Virus record (IMG/VR): IMGVR_UViG_3300033067_000414
Span: 1-31,372 of that record
Strand: one strand, 5' to 3'
DNA from: a virus
Lineage: Duplodnaviria; Caudoviricetes
Length of the DNA stretch: 31,372 nt
The position numbers were made by a program, and so were the translations under genes. The notes under the pieces are model-generated. The model was not told the DNA's origin, searched no databases, and saw only the letters and a program-made list of their open reading frames with translations. Shown in pieces: positions 6,707 to 16,258 of this stretch; the stretch's first letter is position 1, and the number at the start of each line of letters is the position of its first letter.

Positions 6707-7532
6707 GTGTTACAACTCAAATATTTAAGCATTGAGCGACTTGTTCCATATGCGCGCAATTCGCGCACTCACTCAGACGCTCAAGTGGCACAAATCGCAG
6801 CTAGTATTCGTGAGTTCGGATTCACAAACCCGGTTTTAGTGGATGAGCATGGTGGCATTATTGCTGGGCATGGCCGTGTCTTGGCTGCACGTAAGTTAGG
6901 TTTAGAACAAGTGCCAACAATTGAGCTTGCTGGGCTAACAGAGTCACAGCGTAGGGCATACATTATTGCTGACAACAAGTTGGCTTTAAACGCTGGCTGG
7001 GATGATGAAATGCTGCGCGTGGAGCTTGACGCGCTCAAAGAGTTGGAATTTGATCTTGATCTGACGGGCTTTGACATCGATGAGATAAAAGCGCTCATGC
7101 CAGCGGAAATATCGCCAGGTCTGACAGACGAGGACGCTGTGCCCGATGTGCCCGCCGATCCTGTGACGGTGCTGGGCGATGTGTGGCTGCTTGGTAAGCA
7201 CAGGCTGATGTGCGGGGATAGCACGAGCATTGATGCTGTTGATGCGCTCATGGCTGGCCAGAAGGCCGATATGGTGTTCACTGACCCGCCTTATGGCGTG
7301 GCATACGAAGGCGGTCACAACGCAAAAAAGCGGCAGCGGCTCCACCCTCATCGCCTGCGAAAAGACCAACCGCCAAGCGCGACTGATGGAGCTAGACCCC
7401 AAGTATTGCGATGTAATCGTAAAACGTTGGCAAGATTTCACAGGCAAGTCAGCAACACTTGAATCAACAGGCCAGTTATTTAATGAAATAAAGACAAATC
7501 TTAAGAGCGCACTGAAGGAGACCGAGAAGTGA
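6707..7532 (+). pseudogene. ParB/Srx-domain N6/N4 DNA methyltransferase with internal deletion and frameshift
   Basis: Frame to 7462 has ParB motifs (PYARNSRTHS, IIAGHGR, IIADNKL), 'HRLMCGDST' and 'TDPPYG'. The +1 frame from about 7332 has 'GSGSTLIACEKTNRQARLMELDPKYCDVIVKRW'. The middle of the MTase is absent. Confidence 0.85.
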
Positions 7533-7933
7533 GCTTAACTTCAAAACAAGAGAATTTCTGCCAAAATATTGCCGCTGGCATGACTCAGGCTGACGCATAT
7601 CGTTCGGCTTTTGATGCGGACAAGATGAAGGCTGAGACCATTCACAAACGAGCCAGTGAATTGATGGGTAACGGGTATGTGACGGGGAGGGTGAAAGAAT
7701 TAAAAGCTAAGCTTGCAGAAAAGGCACTTTGGACTAGAGAGATGAGCGTACAAGCGCTTGTCGGGGCGTACAAGATAGCCAAGGATAGTGGCAACGCGGC
7801 TGGCATGACTGGGGCTGTAAAAGAGCTTAATGCAATGCATGGATATAATGAGCCATTGAAAGTCAAAGTTGATGGTGAACTTGTCACGCGCATTGTTTTG
7901 GTAGACATGGACGATGACGACAGCAACGATTGA
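7529..7933 (+). CDS. terS: Terminase small subunit
   Basis: GTG start; 'LTSKQENFCQNIAAGMTQADAYRSAF...ASELM' HTH pattern; directly upstream of terL. Confidence 0.85.
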   Translation: MSLTSKQENFCQNIAAGMTQADAYRSAFDADKMKAETIHKRASELMGNGYVTGRVKELKAKLAEKALWTREMSVQALVGAYKIAKDSGNAAGMTGAVKELNAMHGYNEPLKVKVDGELVTRIVLVDMDDDDSND

Positions 7934-9227
7934 GCTGCCGGCTAAATTAAGGCAGGTGTTCAAAGGCCGCGCTGATGTCAGATGGGCGCGCGGGGGTCGT
8001 GGTTCAGCAAAAACCAGATCGTTTGCAAAAATGCTAGCAGTTAAGGGTTACATGTTCGGCATGCAGGGCATCAAAGGCCAGCTAGTTTGTGGCCGACAGT
8101 TCATGAACTCGCTTGAAGATTCATCGCTTGAGGAGTGCAAGCGGGCGATTGAAGATGAACCTTTTTTAGCAGCGTATTACGAAATCGGGGAAAAATACAT
8201 TAAGAGCCGAGACGGAAACGTTTGGTTTACATTTGTCGGCTTAGACCGCAGCTTGATGTCGATTAAATCCAAGGGTCGAATATTAATTCTTTGGGTTGAT
8301 GAAGCCGAGCCTGTCACTGATTACGCCTGGTCGATTGTCATCCCGACGCTGCGCGAAGAATCAGAAGACTGGAACGCTGAATTATTGGTGACTTGGAACC
8401 CGAAACGTGAAAATGCCCCAGTTGAATTGAGATTTGCGCAAAGCAAAGACCCTTTGTACAAAGGCTGCACAATCAATTACAGCGATAACAAGAGGTTCCC
8501 GGAAAAATTAGAGCGCGATAGATTGCGCGATTTAAAAGAGCGGCCAGATCAATACGCGCACATTTGGGAAGGGGAATTTGTAACGGTTGTCGAGGGCGCA
8601 TACTTTGCGCGCGAGCTTGTCGATGCAAAAAACCAAGGCAGAATTGGCTTTTTTGGTCGCGACGATTTGATGAAGGTTTATGCGTTTTGGGATATCGGCG
8701 GCACATCAAAAAAATCAGACGCGACAGCAATATGGATTGCTCAATTTATCGGCGCAGAAGTTAGAGTGCTGAATTACTACGAGGCCGTGGGCCAGCCGTT
8801 TGCGTCACATGTAAATTGGTTGCGCGACAATGGTTATGGCAGTGCATTGTGTGTATTACCGCATGACGGAAGCACACATGACACTGTTGTCAAAGTGACG
8901 CCAATGTCTTACTTGCAGCAAGCTGGCTTTAACGTTGATCAAGTCAAGAATCAAGGCGCAGGTGCTGCATTACAGCGCATCGAGGCATTGAGACGATTGT
9001 TCCCCAGCATACGATTTAATGAAGTGCCAACAAAAGCAGGGCGTGACGCAATCGGTTGGTATCATGAAAAACGAGACCAAGAGCGCAATGTCGGACTTGG
9101 CCCAAACCACGATTGGTCATCGCATGCAGCAGATGCGTTGGGCATGATGGCTGTTTACAAAACAGGATTGGTAAATGATAGCGACTGGAGCAGGCCAATA
9201 AATCGCCACATAGCCAACATTGTTTGA
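7914..9227 (+). CDS. terL: Terminase large subunit (PBSX XtmB-like)
   Basis: Walker A GGRGSAKT, Walker B LWVDEAE, TWNP coupling motif, nuclease WDIG...SHAADA. Confidence 0.95.
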   Translation: MTTATIELPAKLRQVFKGRADVRWARGGRGSAKTRSFAKMLAVKGYMFGMQGIKGQLVCGRQFMNSLEDSSLEECKRAIEDEPFLAAYYEIGEKYIKSRDGNVWFTFVGLDRSLMSIKSKGRILILWVDEAEPVTDYAWSIVIPTLREESEDWNAELLVTWNPKRENAPVELRFAQSKDPLYKGCTINYSDNKRFPEKLERDRLRDLKERPDQYAHIWEGEFVTVVEGAYFARELVDAKNQGRIGFFGRDDLMKVYAFWDIGGTSKKSDATAIWIAQFIGAEVRVLNYYEAVGQPFASHVNWLRDNGYGSALCVLPHDGSTHDTVVKVTPMSYLQQAGFNVDQVKNQGAGAALQRIEALRRLFPSIRFNEVPTKAGRDAIGWYHEKRDQERNVGLGPNHDWSSHAADALGMMAVYKTGLVNDSDWSRPINRHIANIV

Positions 9228-9253
9228 CACATTTAAACCAAATGTGGGACAAT
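9224..9253 (+). promoter_or_regulatory. Candidate promoter for portal operon with inverted repeat in spacer
   Basis: TTGACA (9224-9229), 18-nt spacer, GACAAT (9248-9253) with upstream TG; CACATTT-N5-AAATGTG at 9228-9246. Confidence 0.45.
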
Positions 9254-9281
9254 CTCAAAAACCACAAGCACAGCGGGCAGT

Positions 9282-11510
9282 ATGAAGCTGGACGAATCAG
9301 ACTTTCAAGCTATTTTTTCGGGGCTCGTCAGAGACGCCGAGAGCTTTACCGACGATGAAATATCCCCAAGGCGAGCATTTAATACCGATTTTTACAAGGG
9401 CAAAGTAGACATCGAAGACCAGCCAAATCGGTCTAAGATGGTATCTAGAGACGTGCGCGACACGGTAATGTCAATTTTGCCGTCAATCATGCGCGTTTTT
9501 TTCTCAAGCCAAAAAGCGGTCGAATACACGCCTACCGGGCCAGAAGATGAAGAAATTGCAGCGCAGGCAACTGATTACGCCAACTACTTGATCAATGACG
9601 ACAACGACGGGTACAAGATCATGTATTCCGCGTTTAAAGACGCATTAATCAGAGGCTGTGGCGTTGTAAAAGTTTGGTGGGACGAGCAAGATCAAACAAT
9701 TACCGAGCGATACACGGGGTTGGATGAAGCCACCTTGCAGATGATACAAATTGAGCCCGATGTCAAGGTTGAAATACTCGGCACGACATTTGACACTGTG
9801 ACAAACCAAGACCCAACAACAGGGCAAATGGTGCAAACGCAGGCACCATTTTTTGAAGTCAAGGTCACCAAAAAAATTAAAAAAGGCAGGGTCAAAATTG
9901 CCGAGATGCCTGGCGAAGAAGTCATCGTAGCAAGAGAGGATAAAGAGCTTGGCCAAACATTTATTGCACATCGTTGTTATTTGACCGTATCAGAGCTTGT
10001 GTCAATGGGTTATGACAGGGATTTGGTCGAGACAAACGCAATGCAAGACGAGTTCCCGGATAACCCCGAGTGGATCGCCAGAACTGATTATGCAATGTAT
10101 GAAACTGCGGGCAGTGCAAACAACCCGGCGATGCGTAAAGTGCTTTATGTCGAGGCTTACTGCAAAATTGACCGTGATGGCGATGGAATCGCAGAAAGCC
10201 TTAAGGTTTGCGCAATTGGTGCTGGCAATGAAATTGTTTTGGTCGAAGAGACCGAAGGGCACCCGTTTGTTGCGTTTACTTGTGATCAAGAGCCGCACGT
10301 GTCTGAGCTTGAAGGTTCATGCCCGGCAGATGATGTTTTGGATATTCAGCGCTTGAAATCAAGTGTGCTGAGAAATACACTTGATTCAGCCGCCCAAGCA
10401 TTAAATCCTCGCACTGAAGTGGTTGAAGGCCAAGCAAATGTTCAAGACGTGCTTAACAACGAGGTCGGCGCAATAATCAGAGTTAAAGCCGCTGGCGCGG
10501 TGAATCCTTTGGTAACTCCTGATTTGACAGCCACAGGTTTAAATATGTTGGCCTATGCGGATGAGGTCAAAGAATCGAGGACAGGGCTATCAAAAGCTGC
10601 GATGGGATTAGACCCAGATTCAATGCGCGGCACCGCAGTTAACGCAGCAAATGCAATGGTCAGTGCATCACAAAGCAGGATTGAGCTAATCACAAGAAAC
10701 TTGGCAAATGGTTATAAGAATCTGTTTAAAAAACTTTTGGGTTTAACAATAAAACACCAAGAACAGCCCAGAGTTGTTAAGCTGCGCAAAAAATGGGTGC
10801 GCGTTGATCCAAGAACTTGGAATGCCAACATGGATGTTAAGATCAATGTTGCGCTTGGCACAGGGACAAATGCGGAAAAGCTCAACATTTTATCGGTAAT
10901 CACTCAAAAGCAAGAGCAAACTATCCAAATGCTTGGGCCTTCAAACCCTATTGTTTCGCTTTCACAGTACAGCAATGCTTTATCTAAGATGGTTGAACTT
11001 GGTGGATTTGTGAATACTGAATCATTTGTAAGTGATTTGCCTGCTGATTTTCAATTGCCTCCGCCTCAACCTCAGCCAGATCAACAAGCGCAAATGGCCG
11101 AATTATTGGCCCAAGTTGAGCGAGAAAAAACGCAAGCCAAAATGCAAATTGACCAAGCCAAAATGCAGGCTGACGCACAAATTAAAGCGGCACAAATGGA
11201 GTTAGACCGTGCTCAAATGCAAGCTGAATTTGAACGCAAAAATGCTGAGCTTGAGATAAAAATGGCTAAGTTGCAGCTTGAGCGAGAGAAAATAGCATCG
11301 CAGCGAGAAATTGAAGAAGCAAAATTAATTATTGAACAATTAAACAAAATGCGAGAGGAGCAACGTCAAGATGAGATGCAATATCAAGAAAGGCAAGACA
11401 AAGCCAATGCCGAATCCAGGGCGGAAGAAGTGCTAAGCAATGCCGTTGAATCAATCTCTGACATGCTCGAAGACACAAACCAAAATTATGGTGAGGGTTT
11501 AAATGAGTAA
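9282..11510 (+). CDS. Portal protein (P22-like with C-terminal coiled-coil barrel)
   Basis: 742 aa after terL; 'SKMVSRDVRDTV..ILPSIMRVF', 'DEEIAAQATDYANY', 'FKDALIRGCGVVKVWW'; Q/A/E-rich helical C-terminus. Confidence 0.9.
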   Translation: MKLDESDFQAIFSGLVRDAESFTDDEISPRRAFNTDFYKGKVDIEDQPNRSKMVSRDVRDTVMSILPSIMRVFFSSQKAVEYTPTGPEDEEIAAQATDYANYLINDDNDGYKIMYSAFKDALIRGCGVVKVWWDEQDQTITERYTGLDEATLQMIQIEPDVKVEILGTTFDTVTNQDPTTGQMVQTQAPFFEVKVTKKIKKGRVKIAEMPGEEVIVAREDKELGQTFIAHRCYLTVSELVSMGYDRDLVETNAMQDEFPDNPEWIARTDYAMYETAGSANNPAMRKVLYVEAYCKIDRDGDGIAESLKVCAIGAGNEIVLVEETEGHPFVAFTCDQEPHVSELEGSCPADDVLDIQRLKSSVLRNTLDSAAQALNPRTEVVEGQANVQDVLNNEVGAIIRVKAAGAVNPLVTPDLTATGLNMLAYADEVKESRTGLSKAAMGLDPDSMRGTAVNAANAMVSASQSRIELITRNLANGYKNLFKKLLGLTIKHQEQPRVVKLRKKWVRVDPRTWNANMDVKINVALGTGTNAEKLNILSVITQKQEQTIQMLGPSNPIVSLSQYSNALSKMVELGGFVNTESFVSDLPADFQLPPPQPQPDQQAQMAELLAQVEREKTQAKMQIDQAKMQADAQIKAAQMELDRAQMQAEFERKNAELEIKMAKLQLEREKIASQREIEEAKLIIEQLNKMREEQRQDEMQYQERQDKANAESRAEEVLSNAVESISDMLEDTNQNYGEGLNE

Positions 11511-11820
11511 ATCAACGATTGGCGAAAGGCCACAGGCACAAACGCCGTTGGCTGCCAACGATTTAACATTGGTAAGCCGCAATGGAACAACAACAACCAA
11601 GGCTACATTACAAGACGTTGCGGATTTTGTCGCTGCACCATTGCTTGCTGAGATTGCACGGCTGGAAGGATTACTAAGTGGCCCAGTGGTTTTGGCACAA
11701 AATACTATCACAGAAGATTACACAATACCGGCAGGTTTTAATGCATTCAGTATTTCCCCGTCAGTTGCCCCCGGCGTGACGGTCACAGTGCCACCGGGTG
11801 CTGTATACGTGGTTATTTAA
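11503..11820 (+). CDS. Putative fibre/spike adaptor protein
   Basis: N-terminal 'STIGERPQAQTPLAANDLTLVSRNGTTTTKATLQDV' and C-terminal 'YTIPAGFNAFSISP.VAPGVTVTVPPGAVYVVI' resemble motifs of fibre-associated proteins. Confidence 0.6.
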   Translation: MSKSTIGERPQAQTPLAANDLTLVSRNGTTTTKATLQDVADFVAAPLLAEIARLEGLLSGPVVLAQNTITEDYTIPAGFNAFSISPSVAPGVTVTVPPGAVYVVI

Positions 11821-11830
11821 TGAGGTTGTC

Positions 11831-14800
11831 ATGGCAGGTACTTTAAAAGTTAATGTAATCACAAATTTTAATGGTGACGGCCCGCCCGAAATCCCATTGC
11901 AGGACGTTGCTGGCAATTATTCTGCAACAACTGTCGAGGGCGCATTTGCCGAGGTTGCAACTGATATTACACAGGCGCAAACATCAGCACGCACTTACAC
12001 CGCAGCAGCAACTGGTGGTGTGGCGCGTGATTATGCAGCAAAGCTGAACGAATATTTTACTGCTGCTGACGTAGGCAAAACTGGTGGCGATAGCGTGCAA
12101 AACTTGGTTGGTATTACACCAACTGGGCCAGCAGGCCCACGTGCTTACCGTGCGACAGGGTACTACACAGGCACCAATTTTGGAGGCGGAACATTTGTTT
12201 GGGCACCATCGCAGCCCAAGAACACGCATAATGGCGGGTGGATTATCAGCCCAACTGTGCCTTGGGATGGTTCACCAAGTACGCATGCGGCCTTTTTGCT
12301 TGGGACTGGTGAGACCGCGCCGGGAACGAACGGGTGCTGGGTTAAGATTTATGAAAACCTGACGCTGGAATGCTACGGCGCATTGGGCAATTGGAATGGC
12401 ACATCAGGAAATGATGACACCCAAGAAATTCAGCGCGCAGTTGATACCGCGCCTGAGTATGAGGTGTTGCACGGTAGACCAGGTGCTTGGTATTACTATC
12501 GCAGCATTTTGCAAACTCGCAGATTAAAGGTTGATTTTAAAGGCGCACGCATTCGTTGTGCCCCTGATCCTCGCACGTGGTCGCCAGTACCCGATCCATT
12601 GCCAGCTATTCAGCCAGCTTGGCGAGTGCGCCCAGGTTTTGGACTTGCATCGCCTGAGCTTCGTTACAACATCACAGGCGGGAATGCTGGCACAAACTTC
12701 ATCACAATGGCTACTCCTTCGCAGGCATCCAATTTTACACCCGGTGAATTTGTTTTCGTTCGCAGCTTAGAATTTGTACCTGGTTGGGATCAAAGCATCG
12801 GCGGGGCGATTTCGCGTGGCTCGAACGGCATCAGTGAGGCCACCCGTGTGATTAGTGCTGATACTGGCACAGGAGTGGTGACGTTTAGCAAGCCGCTTGA
12901 GAAAACGTATAAAACAATTCCTGCATTCACGGGGGTAACATATACTCGTGCTGCCAATGACTTGGTTACTGCTGTTTTCCCGTCAGCGCATAATTTTAGT
13001 GTAAATCAAGGATTTACAATCAACACGCCAACGGGCGGAATTGTTGCGGGAAACTATGCTGTGGCCAGTGTTGTTGACGCAACCACAATTACATTTTGGA
13101 CTACTTTTGCTGGCCAAACTGGTGGTGTTGCAAGTGGTACATTTAACACCACGGCAGTAACCCCACAAATTTGGAAGTGGCGCAGTCAAATGGATGGCTG
13201 CGGAATTTACAACGTGCGCGAAATCAAAGAGTCAGACCCGGGCGATGTTGCGCCAACAAGCACATTCCCGCATTTATTCCACTTTTGGGGTTGCATTAGG
13301 CCAGAGATTATCAACGTTCATGCGGATGGTTTTCAAATGCACGTCTGGAATTTTGAATCGTGCGAAATGCCGTTTGCAACCCAAACATCGGCCAAAAATG
13401 GATTCAGGCCTAGTTCAGGTGGCCATGCGTACTTAGGACAATTTACGGGTGGAACATATCGAGGTTTGGCTGATTTTAATAAATCAGAAATTGGCGTTCG
13501 TCACACAATTGATTTTACCGGATGTTATGATTGCGTTTCACAAAACAACACCGCACTAGACCCTGTGCGCGCTGCATTTTACGCCCACGGCCTTGGATCA
13601 AAGCGTTGTAAATCAATTAACGACTTTGTTTCGTTTACCGAGGCTTCAAATCAATCTGCTGGCGGTTGGTCTGTTGGTAACCCTGCATTTGCTGGGGATG
13701 ATGATTTTGAGATTCACAATTTCAGATTTAATGGCCAAATGAATTTTGGCTCAGGCCAAGGGGTTATTAACTTTGGTATGAGGTCTCGCAATCTTAAATT
13801 AGTTAACGGCAAAGCATTTGCTGGCCGCAATGCTTTAGCTTTTGCAGTACCAGCCCCTTTAATCCGTATGAGCTCAGGAGCCAACGGGTTGGAGCTGCAT
13901 GGTGGTGATTATTTGGCATTGTACTCTGTTGCAAGCAACGATGCTATTTTAGATGTGCGCCCTGCATACTCAACCGATCCCGCTGATGCCGCATTGCCAT
14001 CACCTAGACCATTTAACGTTAAGGTTTTCGGTGGAAATTACGAGGTCGGCTCAGGCGTTACCGCGTTCAACATTGACGCTGATGGTGAGATTGTAATCAG
14101 GCCCGATGAAATTGTTGGCTCAGGTACTGCTGTTGCGCTTGATTTAAAATCAACTTGCGTGCCCACAGTGTTTGAGTATGAAACATTGCTTACAGGTGCT
14201 TTTGCAAATGACATCATTCGCGGCCCGACACCTGTTGCAAACATGATTTGGTATGAAAACATTCGCAGGCGGTCAACAACTACGATCACAACTGTGGCAA
14301 GTACCGGATTAGGCGCGGTAGATTTGTTGCGCACGAGAAACTCAAGCACACAAGGAGCACGGGGCAATTATTCCGGTGTTTTGTGGGGCCAAAATGGTAC
14401 TGCAAGCGGAACGAACAGCGTGGCAGGTGGCGGAACTCCACAGGCTACTGGCTCAGGCGCTATCGCTTTTGGCAATGATGTTCTTGGCAACGGGCCAAAC
14501 TCTGCCGCATTGCTGACTCGCTCAAGCACAAAAAACAGGCAGGGTATCATTGCATTTTCAGCGTCAACCGCAAGTGGTAGCACTGGTTTTGTTCAAACCA
14601 ACCTTGGCAATTTGCATGTTGATACATCGGATGCCACCCCCACCAGGTTAATAACTGGCGCATTGACTGGCGCGGCAACTGCTGCAAACCAATTTGTAAT
14701 CCCAAGCAACACAATTTTGAACTTTACTGGCGTTATCACTGCCCGTTCCACCACGGGCAACGAGGCAAAAGGCTGGAAGTTTGATGCAATGTTGAGAAGC

Positions 14801-14989
14801 AACGGATCAACGGTTACATTGATTGGCGCAACGGTAACACCTACGTTTAACACGGCAGGCGGCACATGGGCAGACCCGGTTATTACGGCGGACAATACGC
14901 TTAAATCATTGGCGATTACTGTTACAGGTGCTGCTGCAACCGGAATTCGTTGGCATGCAGGGTTTTTGGTTTCAGAATCATCATCATAA
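11831..14989 (+). CDS. Tailspike / receptor-binding protein with pectate-lyase-like beta-helix
   Basis: ATG 11831 after GAGG; 'GYY...GGGTFVW', 'YGALGNWNGTSGNDDTQEIQRAVD' beta-helix entry motif; G/T/N-rich; YadA-head-like repeats near the C-terminus. Confidence 0.8.
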   Translation: MAGTLKVNVITNFNGDGPPEIPLQDVAGNYSATTVEGAFAEVATDITQAQTSARTYTAAATGGVARDYAAKLNEYFTAADVGKTGGDSVQNLVGITPTGPAGPRAYRATGYYTGTNFGGGTFVWAPSQPKNTHNGGWIISPTVPWDGSPSTHAAFLLGTGETAPGTNGCWVKIYENLTLECYGALGNWNGTSGNDDTQEIQRAVDTAPEYEVLHGRPGAWYYYRSILQTRRLKVDFKGARIRCAPDPRTWSPVPDPLPAIQPAWRVRPGFGLASPELRYNITGGNAGTNFITMATPSQASNFTPGEFVFVRSLEFVPGWDQSIGGAISRGSNGISEATRVISADTGTGVVTFSKPLEKTYKTIPAFTGVTYTRAANDLVTAVFPSAHNFSVNQGFTINTPTGGIVAGNYAVASVVDATTITFWTTFAGQTGGVASGTFNTTAVTPQIWKWRSQMDGCGIYNVREIKESDPGDVAPTSTFPHLFHFWGCIRPEIINVHADGFQMHVWNFESCEMPFATQTSAKNGFRPSSGGHAYLGQFTGGTYRGLADFNKSEIGVRHTIDFTGCYDCVSQNNTALDPVRAAFYAHGLGSKRCKSINDFVSFTEASNQSAGGWSVGNPAFAGDDDFEIHNFRFNGQMNFGSGQGVINFGMRSRNLKLVNGKAFAGRNALAFAVPAPLIRMSSGANGLELHGGDYLALYSVASNDAILDVRPAYSTDPADAALPSPRPFNVKVFGGNYEVGSGVTAFNIDADGEIVIRPDEIVGSGTAVALDLKSTCVPTVFEYETLLTGAFANDIIRGPTPVANMIWYENIRRRSTTTITTVASTGLGAVDLLRTRNSSTQGARGNYSGVLWGQNGTASGTNSVAGGGTPQATGSGAIAFGNDVLGNGPNSAALLTRSSTKNRQGIIAFSASTASGSTGFVQTNLGNLHVDTSDATPTRLITGALTGAATAANQFVIPSNTILNFTGVITARSTTGNEAKGWKFDAMLRSNGSTVTLIGATVTPTFNTAGGTWADPVITADNTLKSLAITVTGAAATGIRWHAGFLVSESSS

Positions 14990-15001
14990 AAGAGGTGCAA
15001 A

Positions 15002-15262
15002 TTGGACGAAGCTGAACAAATAATCGAAGACGGCAAACAGGCTGAATTGTTAATCAATAGCCCAGTTTTTGCGAAAGCAATCGAACAAGCAAAAAGCGAA
15101 GCTGTTAATGATTTTGCAAATTCTGCGCCGACTGACAACGACAAAAGAGAATCCGCATATTTTATGCTTAAGGCGATAGAAAAGTTGGAATATAGGCTAA
15201 GGTCTATCGAACAAAATGGAAAGTTTGAAAAAGAAAAACTTTCCAAAAAGCAAAAAAATTGA
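15002..15262 (+). CDS. Small head-module protein (pre-scaffold)
   Basis: TTG start after GAGG; 'GKQAELLINSPVF...KRESAYFMLKAI' helical protein typical of this position. Confidence 0.7.
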   Translation: MDEAEQIIEDGKQAELLINSPVFAKAIEQAKSEAVNDFANSAPTDNDKRESAYFMLKAIEKLEYRLRSIEQNGKFEKEKLSKKQKN

Positions 15263-15288
15263 TTTTTTAACATAAGGGGAATAACATT

Positions 15289-16257
15289 ATGGCAGGCACC
15301 ACCAATCCAGAAGGAAGTGGATCATTGTCTTTAATGGAAGCAATGAAAGCGTTAGAAACCGAAGAAACTCCACAAGTGGAGCAAGTCGAGGAAGCAAGCG
15401 CGGAACTTGAAGAGGAAGAAAATCCGAATCAAGAATCTGAATCTGAAGTTGAGTCAGAAGACGAAATTGAAGAAGAGGAAGGGTCTTTAACCGAGGAAGA
15501 AGCCGAAGAAACAAAAGAACCTGAACAATTTGTTGTGAAAGTTGACGGCGAAGAAGTAAAGGTTACCTTTGACGAGCTGAAGGCTGGTTATTCACGGCTA
15601 AGAGATTACACCAAGAAATCGCAGGCATTGGCAGAACAACGGAAAGCGCTTGAAGCCGAATCGCAGGCGGTCTTGGCAGAACGACAACAGTACCAACAAA
15701 TATTAAGCGAGTTGCAAAAACAGTTGACCGTTGAAAACGAACCGGATTGGGATGAATTGAGAAACACAGACCCAATTGAGTATGGCATACAAATGGCCGA
15801 CTGGAACAGAAAGCAAATGAAACTCGCTGCGGTGCAGAATGAGCAACAAAGAATTCTGTCATTACAGCAAGCAGAACAAGAGAAAAGCCTCAAGGTTAAA
15901 TTGCAACAAGAAACCCAGGCACTCATAAATGCTTTGCCAGACTGGCAAGATTCCGAAAAGCAAAAAGCGATCATCGCTAAAGTGTCTGAGCAAGGCAAAA
16001 AACTAGGATTTAAAGATGAAGAACTGGAACAGTTGTTTGATCATCGGGCCTTGGTTGCTTTGCACAAAGCCGCACTTTATGATGAGTTAATGAGCAAGCG
16101 TCAATCGCTAAAACCAGCGGTTGCGAACTCAAAAACAATATCGCCTAAGACTGCAGCACCAGTTGTAAATACTGTTGTCAAACGTGCGAAACAGGCATTT
16201 GCAAGCAAGCCAAGCGTTGCAAGCGCCGCTCAACTTTTAACACTTTTGGAGAAATAA
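15289..16257 (+). CDS. Capsid scaffolding protein
   Basis: Acidic N-terminus; 'VKVDGEEVKVTFDELKAGYSRLRDYTKKSQALAEQRK'; directly upstream of the major capsid gene. Confidence 0.85.
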   Translation: MAGTTNPEGSGSLSLMEAMKALETEETPQVEQVEEASAELEEEENPNQESESEVESEDEIEEEEGSLTEEEAEETKEPEQFVVKVDGEEVKVTFDELKAGYSRLRDYTKKSQALAEQRKALEAESQAVLAERQQYQQILSELQKQLTVENEPDWDELRNTDPIEYGIQMADWNRKQMKLAAVQNEQQRILSLQQAEQEKSLKVKLQQETQALINALPDWQDSEKQKAIIAKVSEQGKKLGFKDEELEQLFDHRALVALHKAALYDELMSKRQSLKPAVANSKTISPKTAAPVVNTVVKRAKQAFASKPSVASAAQLLTLLEK

Positions 16258-16258
16258 A

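Noticed and set aside
7324-7330. In-frame A_AAA_AAG slippery heptamer at the MTase junction as a programmed -1 frameshift restoring the enzyme
   Set aside because: The MTase C-terminus is in the +1 frame. The -1 frame stops at TGA 7384-7386, and the central domain is missing regardless.
6781-7447. Minus-strand ORFs 6781-7281 and 6986-7447
   Set aside because: Shadows of the GC-rich ParB-MTase coding strand.
14593-15273. 226-aa minus-strand ORF
   Set aside because: Antisense shadow of the tailspike end and the pre-scaffold gene; no RBS or motif support.
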